Source: Owenweeksia sp.
GTDB taxonomy: Bacteria > Bacteroidota > Bacteroidia > Flavobacteriales > Schleiferiaceae
NCBI GenBank assembly: GCA_028285465.1
Contig: JANQPD010000068.1
Location: 7,458 to 71,457 of the forward strand
Direction: 5' to 3'
DNA length: 64,000 bases
Shown here: in pieces, positions 55,767-64,000 of the stretch
How the letters are laid out: the number at the start of each line of letters is the position of its first letter
Numbering within the stretch: position 1 is the stretch's first letter
The notes under the pieces: model-generated
What the model saw: the letters and a program-made list of their open reading frames with translations, nothing else
The model's database searches: none
What the model was told of the DNA's origin: nothing
Translations under genes and position numbers: made by a program

Positions 55767-58700
55767 ATGAAAAAACTTAAGATTTTACTTGCTTCCGGCT
55801 TGTTGTCAGGAAGCCTGCTCGGTCAGACTTATACTTGTCATAGCGGGGGGAGTTCATTGGAGGATGCTCCGGAAGGGCTCAATTGTACAAGAAATAGCTC
55901 CAGCTACCAGAATACTTACCGGCAGCAGCAAAATTATATTCCCGATGCCAATACAGCGACAAAGACTATTAAAATCGCTATTCATAGCTGGCAGGACGGA
56001 AGCGGCGGAGGTAACTATATAAACACCCCGGCAGATCTGGCCTTCCTGCAGAGTATGGTTGACTTTATTAACAATCAGTTTTTTAACGCAAATGATCAAC
56101 CATCAGATCCATTGCCGGGTGTTCCGTTTATATTTGATACCAAAATCCGTTTCAGCCTGGAAGGGGTCTATTTTTATGCGGATGATGCCCTCCATGGCAG
56201 TGCTTGGAATCATCTTGACATGAATAACAAGGCCCTAACGGATCACCCGGAATGTATAGAATATCTCAATATTCACTTTGCCGGCAGTACAACGGCTACT
56301 TTTGGACTTCAAAGTAGCATTGGAGGCGAACACATCGCAACCTCAGGCGGAGGTGATGGCAGCGGAACAGGGAACGGAAATGGGTGGGTCGCCGCCCAAC
56401 ATCTTTCTCATGAAATAGGACATGCACTGGGCCTCTGTCATACGTGGTGCTGCGATAACTGCAAGGAGAAGGTCGACCCTACATTATCGGATTTCCTTAG
56501 CGATGTCTTTGCAGGCCCCCCTTATTCACTCCACCAGAGTGCTTGGAGTCTTGACCCTACGCTACCCACCAATACCGCTACCAATAATATGATGGGCTCC
56601 ACCTTTGCGGCCGGTTATTTTTCACCACTGCAAATGGGAAGAATGCACCGCCAACTGGCTTTGGGAAATATTAGAAACCTGGCATCGGGATATACGGCTG
56701 AGCCTCTGGAGATCACAAGTAATGAAGAATGGGATTTCAGCATGAAACTCTATCGTGATTTGGTGGTAAAAAGTGGCGCTACCCTTACGGTTAAATGCTT
56801 TGTAAGATTTGTTAAAGAAGCCAGGGTGATAGTTGAACCCGGAGGGGAACTAATACTGGATGGAGGGCACTTGACAAAGTCCGAATTTGAGGACTGGTGG
56901 GGGGGTGTTTATGTTTCCGGTAATTCAAGTCAGGCCCAGATACCATCTCAACAGGGAAAGATCAGCATTTTGAACCAGGGTCAGATCTCCTATGCGCGTG
57001 ATGGTATCACCAATATTGGAATAGAGGAAAACGGCGGCTGGATATTGGGAACAACGGGGGGCATTATCGAGGCTAACAATGCCATATTTAAAAACAACCG
57101 GAGGGATATTCAACTCCTTGGCTATACACCTCCATTCTCAAAAAATGAAAAGTACAATGCCACGTTTACGGATTGTCAATTTGTAAGAGATAACGATTAT
57201 ACCATTGAGTCGATGCTCCAAAGCATAACCCTGAACAGTGTGGCCGGGGTGTCAATAGTAGGTTGCACATTTGATAATCAGAACACCGGTGATCTTGCCT
57301 ATCACGGGGGAGCTATAAGGGCTGTTTCGGCTACCTTTAGAGTTCACGAGAACAGCTCCTCTGTAGGTTGTACATTCAATGGCTATGCGGATGCCATACG
57401 ATGCGAAGGGAATTTCTCAATTGCCTTTCCCACCACCATAGTCGGTGCCACATTTACAAACAATATCCACAGTATTTACCTAGGTAGTACCGAGAACCCA
57501 AAAGTTGCACACAATTCTGTTTCAACCCGGGCAGATCATAATTATGTACCTCCCGCCAATACACCCTTTCAAAGCGGTGCTTACGGTATTTATCTCGAAA
57601 ATACAGGTCTCTTCAGTTTGCATGACAATACACTCTCTAACCCGGATGGAACAGCTTTTCTTTCCGCCGGGATCGTTATCAAGGACAATGGAGGGACAGC
57701 CGCGCAGGTGTATCACAACACAATAGATAACTACACTTATGGAATTCAGGCTATCGGGAACAACAATGATGGCTTCAACGCTGATGTGGGACTTAACTTT
57801 AGCTGTAACGACCTTGGATCAAATAATGCTAATGGTACCGACATCATAGTAGGTTCGCAGGGAGGTGTAGCGGGAAGCCAGGGGACAGCCTTGAAACTCC
57901 CAAACAACCGGTTCAGTCCAGGTAGCAATATCAGACACTTTGATAACTTCTCGGGCAATGTGAAGTACGGTTACGGCACTGGTGACCCAAGAGTTATTCC
58001 GGTTAACTATACGGGAGTTACAACAATACCTAGTGTGCTACTTGCCAACTATAGCTCCAATTGTGCTTCCAGGCCAAAACCCCCTATCGTGAACGACCAT
58101 GAGGTTACTCAGCAGGATCTTGCCCTGATTGAGGATCAAATCACCCTTGATCTGGATATTAAGGCCGAGTTGATCGACCAGGGAAGTACGCCGACCCTGG
58201 AGGCTCAGATACTCTTTGCCTCAGATCAATCGGAATATCAGGATCTCTATATCGATTTGATGGATATGTCCCCATATGTTTCTGATGAAAACCTCCTGAA
58301 CCTCATTTCCCTTAATGATTTTCCTGAGCTTGCGCTTAGAAACGTGATGGTAGCTAATCCTCATAGCTCAAGAAATGGGGAGGTTTGGGATGCGCTGGTT
58401 GCTAAAGATCCGCCGCTCAGTCAGCAGACCCTTGACGACATAGAGGGTGAAATTCAAACGATCACGGCAAAGGATGTATTGGATATGCAAATAGCCAACT
58501 CTCAAACGGCCAGTGAGTTGATCTCGGTTCAATTGATGGAATACTTTGCCGAGGAGATGAGTGCGGATCCTGCATTCCTGGATCTACTCAAAACACACCT
58601 GAAAAGCAGAGATGAGGTTGCGTTCCGCTATGCCCTGGTTGATATCCTCCTGGCGGAGGGTGCTGTGTCATCTGCAAGCCAGGAATTACTGGCTATTGAT

Positions 58701-59261
58701 GTGGAATGCCAACTTGGGAACAGGGAACAGTCGGAGCATATTTTTATGACCCAACTATATACCGTATTGAACACGGCCATAACCGCCGGTCATAGCCTGG
58801 CTCAGTTGCCGACAGGTTTGGTTACCGACCTTACGGGTATAGTAAATGGTGGATCAGGTCTGGCCGTTGCGCGCGCCAGGGCGCTACTTGAACTCAACGG
58901 GGTGCCCCCTTCTTACGTCGAGCCCATTCTCAATGAGACGGGAAGCTATAAAACCAAACCTTCTGTCGATATCGATAGGGTTCAAGCACCTAATCCCGCT
59001 TTTAAACTTTATCCAAATCCTGCCGGTACTTATACCTTATTGCAGTGGAATTGGTTTGAAGCAGGGTTGAATGATTCAAAAGGACTTACGGCTCGCCTTA
59101 CCGATACCAGGGGAACGCTCATCAGGAGCATAAGTATCGATGATCCCCAGGTGAATTCAAAGATGATCTCCCTGGATCAATTGGCACCGGGTATCCACAT
59201 TGTGCATGTTAAACAGGGCAATAATGACCTTTATCAAGCTAAAATTTCAGTTGTGAAGTAA
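55767..59261 (+). CDS. Giant secreted metzincin-like zinc protease with beta-helix repeats and T9SS type-A CTD
   Basis: 1164 aa with a signal peptide. Zinc motif HEIGHALGLCH (HExxHxxGxxH). The repetitive N/G/T-rich middle region is consistent with a right-handed beta-helix. C-terminus FKLYPNPAGTYTLLQW...IHIVHVKQGNNDLYQAKISVVK. Confidence 0.75.
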   Translation: MKKLKILLASGLLSGSLLGQTYTCHSGGSSLEDAPEGLNCTRNSSSYQNTYRQQQNYIPDANTATKTIKIAIHSWQDGSGGGNYINTPADLAFLQSMVDFINNQFFNANDQPSDPLPGVPFIFDTKIRFSLEGVYFYADDALHGSAWNHLDMNNKALTDHPECIEYLNIHFAGSTTATFGLQSSIGGEHIATSGGGDGSGTGNGNGWVAAQHLSHEIGHALGLCHTWCCDNCKEKVDPTLSDFLSDVFAGPPYSLHQSAWSLDPTLPTNTATNNMMGSTFAAGYFSPLQMGRMHRQLALGNIRNLASGYTAEPLEITSNEEWDFSMKLYRDLVVKSGATLTVKCFVRFVKEARVIVEPGGELILDGGHLTKSEFEDWWGGVYVSGNSSQAQIPSQQGKISILNQGQISYARDGITNIGIEENGGWILGTTGGIIEANNAIFKNNRRDIQLLGYTPPFSKNEKYNATFTDCQFVRDNDYTIESMLQSITLNSVAGVSIVGCTFDNQNTGDLAYHGGAIRAVSATFRVHENSSSVGCTFNGYADAIRCEGNFSIAFPTTIVGATFTNNIHSIYLGSTENPKVAHNSVSTRADHNYVPPANTPFQSGAYGIYLENTGLFSLHDNTLSNPDGTAFLSAGIVIKDNGGTAAQVYHNTIDNYTYGIQAIGNNNDGFNADVGLNFSCNDLGSNNANGTDIIVGSQGGVAGSQGTALKLPNNRFSPGSNIRHFDNFSGNVKYGYGTGDPRVIPVNYTGVTTIPSVLLANYSSNCASRPKPPIVNDHEVTQQDLALIEDQITLDLDIKAELIDQGSTPTLEAQILFASDQSEYQDLYIDLMDMSPYVSDENLLNLISLNDFPELALRNVMVANPHSSRNGEVWDALVAKDPPLSQQTLDDIEGEIQTITAKDVLDMQIANSQTASELISVQLMEYFAEEMSADPAFLDLLKTHLKSRDEVAFRYALVDILLAEGAVSSASQELLAIDVECQLGNREQSEHIFMTQLYTVLNTAITAGHSLAQLPTGLVTDLTGIVNGGSGLAVARARALLELNGVPPSYVEPILNETGSYKTKPSVDIDRVQAPNPAFKLYPNPAGTYTLLQWNWFEAGLNDSKGLTARLTDTRGTLIRSISIDDPQVNSKMISLDQLAPGIHIVHVKQGNNDLYQAKISVVK

Positions 59262-59441
59262 AAAAGGAAGGGAGCATTAGCACAGTTGGATCTTCCTTCT
59301 ATTGGTATGCTTTTGACCCTTATCGAAAACTTCATGGGATTGGACCTGCGACCACCCATATCAATGGGCTACCAAATGGCAAACCAGTAGCAAAGGCTGG
59401 TTCAGGGTGTGGCGTATGAACTAATACCTGTTCAATAGAGT

Positions 59442-59475
59442 AGCCTGGGCTTTTTGCCCGGGTTATTCTTTTTCT
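59442..59475 (+). terminator. Possible Rho-independent terminator
   Basis: Stem AGCCTGGGC/GCCCGGGTT (includes 2 G-U pairs), loop TTTTT, followed by ATTCTTTTTCTT. Confidence 0.4.
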
Positions 59476-59512
59476 TGAAACCCAGACCTTAACCTTTCCG
59501 GTAAAGCCTCTG

Positions 59513-61552
59513 CTACGCCTCTTGCTTAAGCAAACCTGCCCTGCGCAACAACGCTTTGGGATCGGGTTCTTTGCCCCTGAAGTTTTTATACAGGGTCATC
59601 GGGTGCACGCTCCCTCCCGCAGATAAAAGCGTCCTGAACTTTTGAGCCACCTCCTCATTGAAGATGCCTTTTTCCTTAAAATATTCAAAAGCATCTGCGT
59701 CAAGCACCTCAGCCCATTTATAGCTGTAATACCCTGAGGAATACCCCCCCTGGAAAATATGGCTGAAGCTACAGGAAGTATTGGAACTCTCTATCCAGGG
59801 CAAAAGTTCCGTTTCGGCTAACAACTCCTTCTCGAGCTTAGCCGTATCAGTTACCGATTGCGGGTTTACCGCATGCCATCCCATATCCAGGCGACCTAAG
59901 CCAATCTGGCGAACCGTAGCGTAGCCTTCCATAAAAGTACTGCTGTCTCTAAGGCGCTCAACCAAGTCGGAAGGAATGGCTTCATTGGTTTCAAAATGCC
60001 TTGCAAAAATATCCAGGCACTCCTTCTCATAACACCAGTTTTCCATAATCTGGCTGGGCAATTCTACAAAATCCCAATACACACTGGTGCCGCTCAAACT
60101 TGCATAGGTGCCTTTAGCCAGTATGCCATGCAGCGCATGGCCAAACTCATGAAAAAGCGTAGTTACTTCATTAAAGGTCAGCAAGCTAGGTGTTTTTGCA
60201 GTAGGCTTGGTGAAATTACACACGATACTTACGTGCGGCCTGATGTCTGTCCCGTTCAATACATGCTGACTGCGGTAGCTTGTCATCCACGCACCGTTGC
60301 GCTTCCCTTTACGGGGAAAGAAATCAGCATAGAAGACGGCCAGGTGGCTGCCATCCCGGTCTTTCACTTCGTAAGTGCGTACATCCTGGTGGTATTTTTG
60401 AATATCGTTGCGCAAATGGAAGGTAATGCCGTAAAGCTTTTGGGCCACTTCAAAAATGCCTGCTACAACACTTTCCAGTTTGAAATAAGGCTTTAATTGC
60501 TCATCATCGATCCGGTATTTCTTTTGTTTCAGTTTTTCACTGTAATACGCAAAATCCCATTTTTGCAGATCTGCCAACCCATCCAACTCTTTGGCATAAG
60601 CCGCCACTTCCCGTACATCCTGTTCCCCAGCCGGTTTAGCCGATACCAATAGTTCATCCAGGAAATGCTGCACTTTATCCGGCTGTTCAGCCATTCGCTC
60701 CTGCAATACATAATGTGCATGCGTTTCAAAACCTAAAAGTTGTGCCCGTTCGTGGCGCAGCTTTGCAATTTGCAATACAATCACCCGGTTATCCGTCTCT
60801 CCTTCCGTAAAAGAGCGGCTCCCATAGGCCTTTACCATTTTCTCACGCAGTCTCCTGTTTTTGGCGTACGTAACGAAGGGAATATAGCTGGGGAAATGCA
60901 AAGTGAAGATCCATTTCCCCTTATGTCCCATTTCTTCGGCAGTCTCTGCTGCAGCTTCTATTGCGTTAACAGGTAATCCTGCTAGCTCCTCTTCCTGTTC
61001 AAGGATCAGGTGAAAGGCATTCGTATCCGCCAGCACATGTTCCCCAAAAGCCAAACTCAATTGAGCGAGCTCTTTATCGATGGCACGCAGGCGTTCTTTG
61101 GAAGCCCCTCTTAAAGTAGCGCCATTCCGTGTAAAGGAGCGATAGGTTTTATGCAGCAACATCGCTTCTTCTGTGCTAAGTTCCAGCTCATCTTTCCGGG
61201 TATGAACCTCCTCCACACGGGCAAAAAGTTGCTCATCCAACATAATGTCATTGGCATATTCACTGAGCAGGGGAGAAATAATACGTGCTGCCGCTTGTAT
61301 GGCCTCATTGGTTTCGGCAGAATTCAGGTTAAAAAATACTTCCGACACCCTGGATACCAATTTACCGCTGCGTTCCAGCGCTTCAATGGTATTCTTAAAT
61401 GTTGGCGCATCACTTTGCCCGGTGATCCCGGCTATTTCTGCCTTTGCCTGTGCAATAGCCTCTTTAATCGCGGGTTCAAAATGAGCCGGCTCTATGCTTT
61501 CAAAAGGCACTGTTTCAAAAACAGTTTTATAGGGCTGTAACAGCGGATTCAT
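59513..61552 (-). CDS. M3-family metallopeptidase (peptidyl-dipeptidase Dcp / oligopeptidase A-like)
   Basis: 679 aa with the LFHEFGHALHG zinc motif and overall M3 pattern. Confidence 0.9.
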   Translation of the reverse strand: MNPLLQPYKTVFETVPFESIEPAHFEPAIKEAIAQAKAEIAGITGQSDAPTFKNTIEALERSGKLVSRVSEVFFNLNSAETNEAIQAAARIISPLLSEYANDIMLDEQLFARVEEVHTRKDELELSTEEAMLLHKTYRSFTRNGATLRGASKERLRAIDKELAQLSLAFGEHVLADTNAFHLILEQEEELAGLPVNAIEAAAETAEEMGHKGKWIFTLHFPSYIPFVTYAKNRRLREKMVKAYGSRSFTEGETDNRVIVLQIAKLRHERAQLLGFETHAHYVLQERMAEQPDKVQHFLDELLVSAKPAGEQDVREVAAYAKELDGLADLQKWDFAYYSEKLKQKKYRIDDEQLKPYFKLESVVAGIFEVAQKLYGITFHLRNDIQKYHQDVRTYEVKDRDGSHLAVFYADFFPRKGKRNGAWMTSYRSQHVLNGTDIRPHVSIVCNFTKPTAKTPSLLTFNEVTTLFHEFGHALHGILAKGTYASLSGTSVYWDFVELPSQIMENWCYEKECLDIFARHFETNEAIPSDLVERLRDSSTFMEGYATVRQIGLGRLDMGWHAVNPQSVTDTAKLEKELLAETELLPWIESSNTSCSFSHIFQGGYSSGYYSYKWAEVLDADAFEYFKEKGIFNEEVAQKFRTLLSAGGSVHPMTLYKNFRGKEPDPKALLRRAGLLKQEA

Positions 61553-61663
61553 TTAATGTAGTTTTGTTGAAATGGTGGGCAAATATAACGTGTTCAAAGC
61601 GGCCTTCCATTAGAATTAACGTAGACTTCTTAGTCTAAAAGATACACATCCTATGAGTAAAAA

Positions 61664-61676
61664 AATATACAGTATA
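61664..61676. promoter_or_regulatory. Palindrome ATATAC-A-GTATAT upstream of the DinB-family gene
   Basis: Read directly from the sequence, 45 nt upstream of the ATG at 61721. Function unknown. Confidence 0.2.
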
Positions 61677-61720
61677 TCCGTGCGGGTTCTACTTGTATGC
61701 ATTGTTTTAAACATTTTAAA

Positions 61721-62293
61721 ATGAATAAAAAAGCACAACAAATTCAGGCGTATCAAACACGTGTTGAACAGATAAAAAAACACGTATTGGATAGTTTCTA
61801 CTACCTGGAAGCTGAAGCGCTTCGCTACAAGCCTGCACCTGATAAATGGAGTATTTCTGAGGTAATGGAACACATTAACCTGGTAAATCATTTCTATATA
61901 AAATCTCTGAGCAAAGCGGTTCATGCCGCAACGGACGGAGAGGAAGCCGTCTTGCGCTATACCTGGTTTGGAAAAAAATTTGCCCGCACCATGGCCCCTA
62001 GGAAAGGAGAGGTTACCAATAAAATGCCCACTTTCAGAAAAATAAATCCCGTTGCCCGGGCAAAACAAGGGTATGCGGTGGTGGAAAAAGTGGTTTTTCA
62101 AAATTTCATGGACGACCTGGACCAGTTGAGCGAGCTTTTAAAGCAGGCCCGGGAAAAGAAAGTAAACCGGGCCCGGATCAAAACCTTTGCTCCGTTGCTT
62201 CGATTGAGTTTCGGAGATGGTGTGGAAGTACTCTTAAACCATACCGACAGGCATTTGGTACAGGCTGGTAGGGTGCTTAGCCAGAAAGGCTAG
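61721..62293 (+). CDS. DinB-family (four-helix bundle) protein
   Basis: The KWSISEVMEHINLVNHFY pattern and C-terminal HTDRH are typical of DinB_2-like proteins. ATG at 61721. Confidence 0.7.
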   Translation: MNKKAQQIQAYQTRVEQIKKHVLDSFYYLEAEALRYKPAPDKWSISEVMEHINLVNHFYIKSLSKAVHAATDGEEAVLRYTWFGKKFARTMAPRKGEVTNKMPTFRKINPVARAKQGYAVVEKVVFQNFMDDLDQLSELLKQAREKKVNRARIKTFAPLLRLSFGDGVEVLLNHTDRHLVQAGRVLSQKG

Positions 62294-62330
62294 GGCTCTT
62301 TTTACATTCGCCTAAGAATTGATACGTAAT

Positions 62331-62362
62331 AAAAGAGGGCTGACGTACGTCAGCCCTCTTTT
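62331..62362. terminator. Bidirectional Rho-independent terminator
   Basis: AAAAGAGGGCTGACGT/ACGTCAGCCCTCTTTT is a perfect palindrome flanked by A and T tracts. It lies between the convergent genes. Confidence 0.8.
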
Positions 62363-62390
62363 ATTTTAACACTTTTGATCGAGGCATTAC

Positions 62391-63893
62391 TTACTCCACG
62401 ATCTTTATCCAAAGTTCGTCCGTATAACGGCCGTTCATATTGCTCGCTTTAGCGCGATCGGCCTCCTGGTACGTATCAAACTTAAGCAAGTATACGTAAT
62501 AGTAGAAGTTGTTCAGGTCCTGGAAATAACGGGCATTTATTCCCTGGCCACTTAACCGCCTAACCAGCTTTTCTGCATTTTGCTGGTTGCTGAATACACC
62601 GGCTACCACATAATATCCACGACTTCCGGGCACAACATTACCGGCCTGGTTTGCCGGGTTGTATTCGCCCGTTTGGTTTCCTGCACCCGGTTGACCACCA
62701 GTTTGCCCGCCTTGGTTGTTAAAGTCATTTTGCTGATTGCCGCCTTGTGGCTGACCACCCGTTTGTCCGCCTGTTTGGCCTCCACCGGTATTGCCTCCTC
62801 CAGGGTTGTTGGCCGAAGCCGGGGGCACGGTGACCTTCACTTTAGCTGCCGCTGCTTCAATTTCCTTTTCAATTTCCCTGCGGTACTGGTCTTTAAACTC
62901 TTCCAGCTTTTCGTCCACAATTTCTTCTGTCTGATCACGCATCCTGCGCTGATCTTGCTTCAGGCGTTTGATCTCGTTCTCCAAACGTTCGTTTCGCTTA
63001 TTGCTTCCAAAACGATACGCCAGCATAAATTCGTGGCTTGTGCCCAGGCTGGGCCCAAACTCATTCAGGGAGAAATCATAGGCATACCCGAAGGTAATTT
63101 CCTCCGTAAGGTTAAGCCCGATGTTTGCGGTAACGGCATAATCGCTCCTGAACATGGCGCCTACGTAACCATATTCCCTCAGGCTGAACAGCAAACCTGC
63201 ATCTATTTGAAAGGGTACGTTTTCCGCTACCCGCACCATTACGTTGGGCGAAAGCACCATTTTATCTCCGGCAAATTTGAAGTCGTACATTGCATTGGCT
63301 ACGTAGTGACGAATAAGCGAATAATTCACAGGAGTGCTGTAATCAGTAGTATACTCGATAGAACCTCCTATTAGTTGCGGAACAGCAAATCCAAGAGTGA
63401 AATCCGATATCTGAAGGCTAAGGCCTGTATTTACATCAAACAAACCTCTTTCACCATTGGTAATAGACAATACCGGCTCAATACCATCTTTTGCCCGCAC
63501 CGAAGCTATGTCGATATCATTGCGGATATAGCCGGCTCCCAAGCCTAAGGACAGGGTAGTATTGTCGGCTAAGCGCAATTTATAGGCATAATTGCCATAG
63601 AAACCCATGCGCTTCACAATATCTGTAACATCACTGAAGCCATATAAACTCCAACCCACTTTTTGCTCATTTAAAGAACCGTTGATGCCGAAGGCTGAGG
63701 TTTCCGGGGCGCCCTGTACATCACTCCACTGCCTGCGGTGCAATAAGGTAAGCGAAGTTACCCCCTGGCTGCCGCTCATGGCCGGGTTATACACATAAGG
63801 CGTAAAGTAGTAATTGCTGTACAGTGGTATTTGTTGTGCGTAGCCAGTGAAACCCAAACATGACAACGCAATAAAGGCTAATATTCTTTTCAT
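62391..63893 (-). CDS. PorP/SprF-family T9SS membrane protein fused to coiled coil, G/Q/N-rich linker and SPOR domain
   Basis: The N-terminus MKRILAFIALSCLGFTGYAQQIPLYSNYYFTPYVYNPAMSG is the PorP/SprF hallmark. The C-terminus GYYVVAGVFSNQQNAEKLVRRLSGQGINARYF...YVYLLKFDTYQEADRAKA is SPOR-like. ATG at 63891-63893; the track ORF starts at a TTG at 63899. Confidence 0.8.
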   Translation of the reverse strand: MKRILAFIALSCLGFTGYAQQIPLYSNYYFTPYVYNPAMSGSQGVTSLTLLHRRQWSDVQGAPETSAFGINGSLNEQKVGWSLYGFSDVTDIVKRMGFYGNYAYKLRLADNTTLSLGLGAGYIRNDIDIASVRAKDGIEPVLSITNGERGLFDVNTGLSLQISDFTLGFAVPQLIGGSIEYTTDYSTPVNYSLIRHYVANAMYDFKFAGDKMVLSPNVMVRVAENVPFQIDAGLLFSLREYGYVGAMFRSDYAVTANIGLNLTEEITFGYAYDFSLNEFGPSLGTSHEFMLAYRFGSNKRNERLENEIKRLKQDQRRMRDQTEEIVDEKLEEFKDQYRREIEKEIEAAAAKVKVTVPPASANNPGGGNTGGGQTGGQTGGQPQGGNQQNDFNNQGGQTGGQPGAGNQTGEYNPANQAGNVVPGSRGYYVVAGVFSNQQNAEKLVRRLSGQGINARYFQDLNNFYYYVYLLKFDTYQEADRAKASNMNGRYTDELWIKIVE

Positions 63894-63901
63894 GATCAAG
63901 C

Positions 63902-64000
63902 TTAGTTTTGGTTTCTGATAATGGTTACTGCGCTTTTCACCCTGACGACATCGTTACAACTCAGCACAAAATAATAGGTACCATCGGGCAAGGCATTCCC
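63902..64000 (-). CDS. C-terminal end of a T9SS type-B CTD (gliding-motility-associated C-terminal domain) protein, partial
   Basis: Reverse translation reads GNALPDGTYYFVLSCNDVVRVKSAVTIIRNQN*. The LPDGTYYFVL pattern matches the end of type-B CTDs (compare LPEGTYYYIL in the 38713-40716 protein). Confidence 0.6.
   Translation of the reverse strand, partial: GNALPDGTYYFVLSCNDVVRVKSAVTIIRNQN

Noticed and set aside
62640-62810. A repetitive stretch that might be mistaken for a CRISPR or tandem-repeat array.
   Set aside because: The repeats are imperfect, lie in frame inside a CDS and encode a G/Q-rich linker. They show no repeat-spacer periodicity, and no cas genes are present.
62580-63374. 264-aa plus-strand ORF, together with similar long ORFs at 2458-3120, 17544-18134, 39304-39921 and 40841-41287.
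   Set aside because: All lie antisense to well-supported genes with recognisable motifs. Their translations are low-complexity or Arg/Cys/His-rich with no motifs. They are typical shadow ORFs.
1-64000. A search by eye for tRNA, rRNA, tmRNA, RNase P, SRP RNA, known riboswitches, CRISPR arrays and IS elements.
   Set aside because: No intergenic region shows cloverleaf-like or other recognisable RNA signatures, or repeat-spacer structure. Covariance-model scans were not run, so small RNAs cannot be excluded.

Overview
All calls below come from reading the sequence and ORF track by eye; no database search was run.

The window looks like a core chromosomal segment of a Bacteroidota genome. The evidence is:
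- T9SS type-A and type-B C-terminal sorting domains
- PorP/SprF and PorT-like genes
- a BlaR1-TonB fusion
- TAnnTTTG -7 promoter boxes
- typical synteny: tpiA-prmA, DUF1599-folP-cdaA, surE-lpxB, rsmA-mgtE, DUF2520-kdsC-ubiA-maf

About 60 protein-coding genes are packed tightly, with many ATGA/TAATG overlaps. I found no rRNA, tRNA, CRISPR array, transposase, integrase or recognisable defence genes.

Gene content is mostly housekeeping:
- Central and cofactor metabolism, envelope and translation-related genes: tpiA, prmA, folP, cdaA, lpxB, surE, ubiE, rsmA, kdsC, maf, yebC.
- Ion channels and transporters: a Kir-like K+ channel, a bestrophin, a CorA-like protein, MgtE, NhaC and an MscS-family channel.
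- A ccmBCDEF cytochrome c maturation cluster.
- Several T9SS cargo proteins.

I see no clear new multi-gene system. The most unusual items are:
- a PorP/SprF-SPOR fusion next to a type-B CTD cargo gene
- a variant System I with a CxxxY CcmE
- a five-gene operon, overlapping at every junction, that starts with an OM beta-barrel and a signal-peptide MscS channel
- a 1.1-kb low-GC islet (HxlR regulator + SnoaL-like protein), bounded by an 87-bp duplication of the 3' end of an ABC permease gene
- cdaA ending stop-on-stop against a Kir K+ channel gene
- a CorA homologue with GTN in place of GMN
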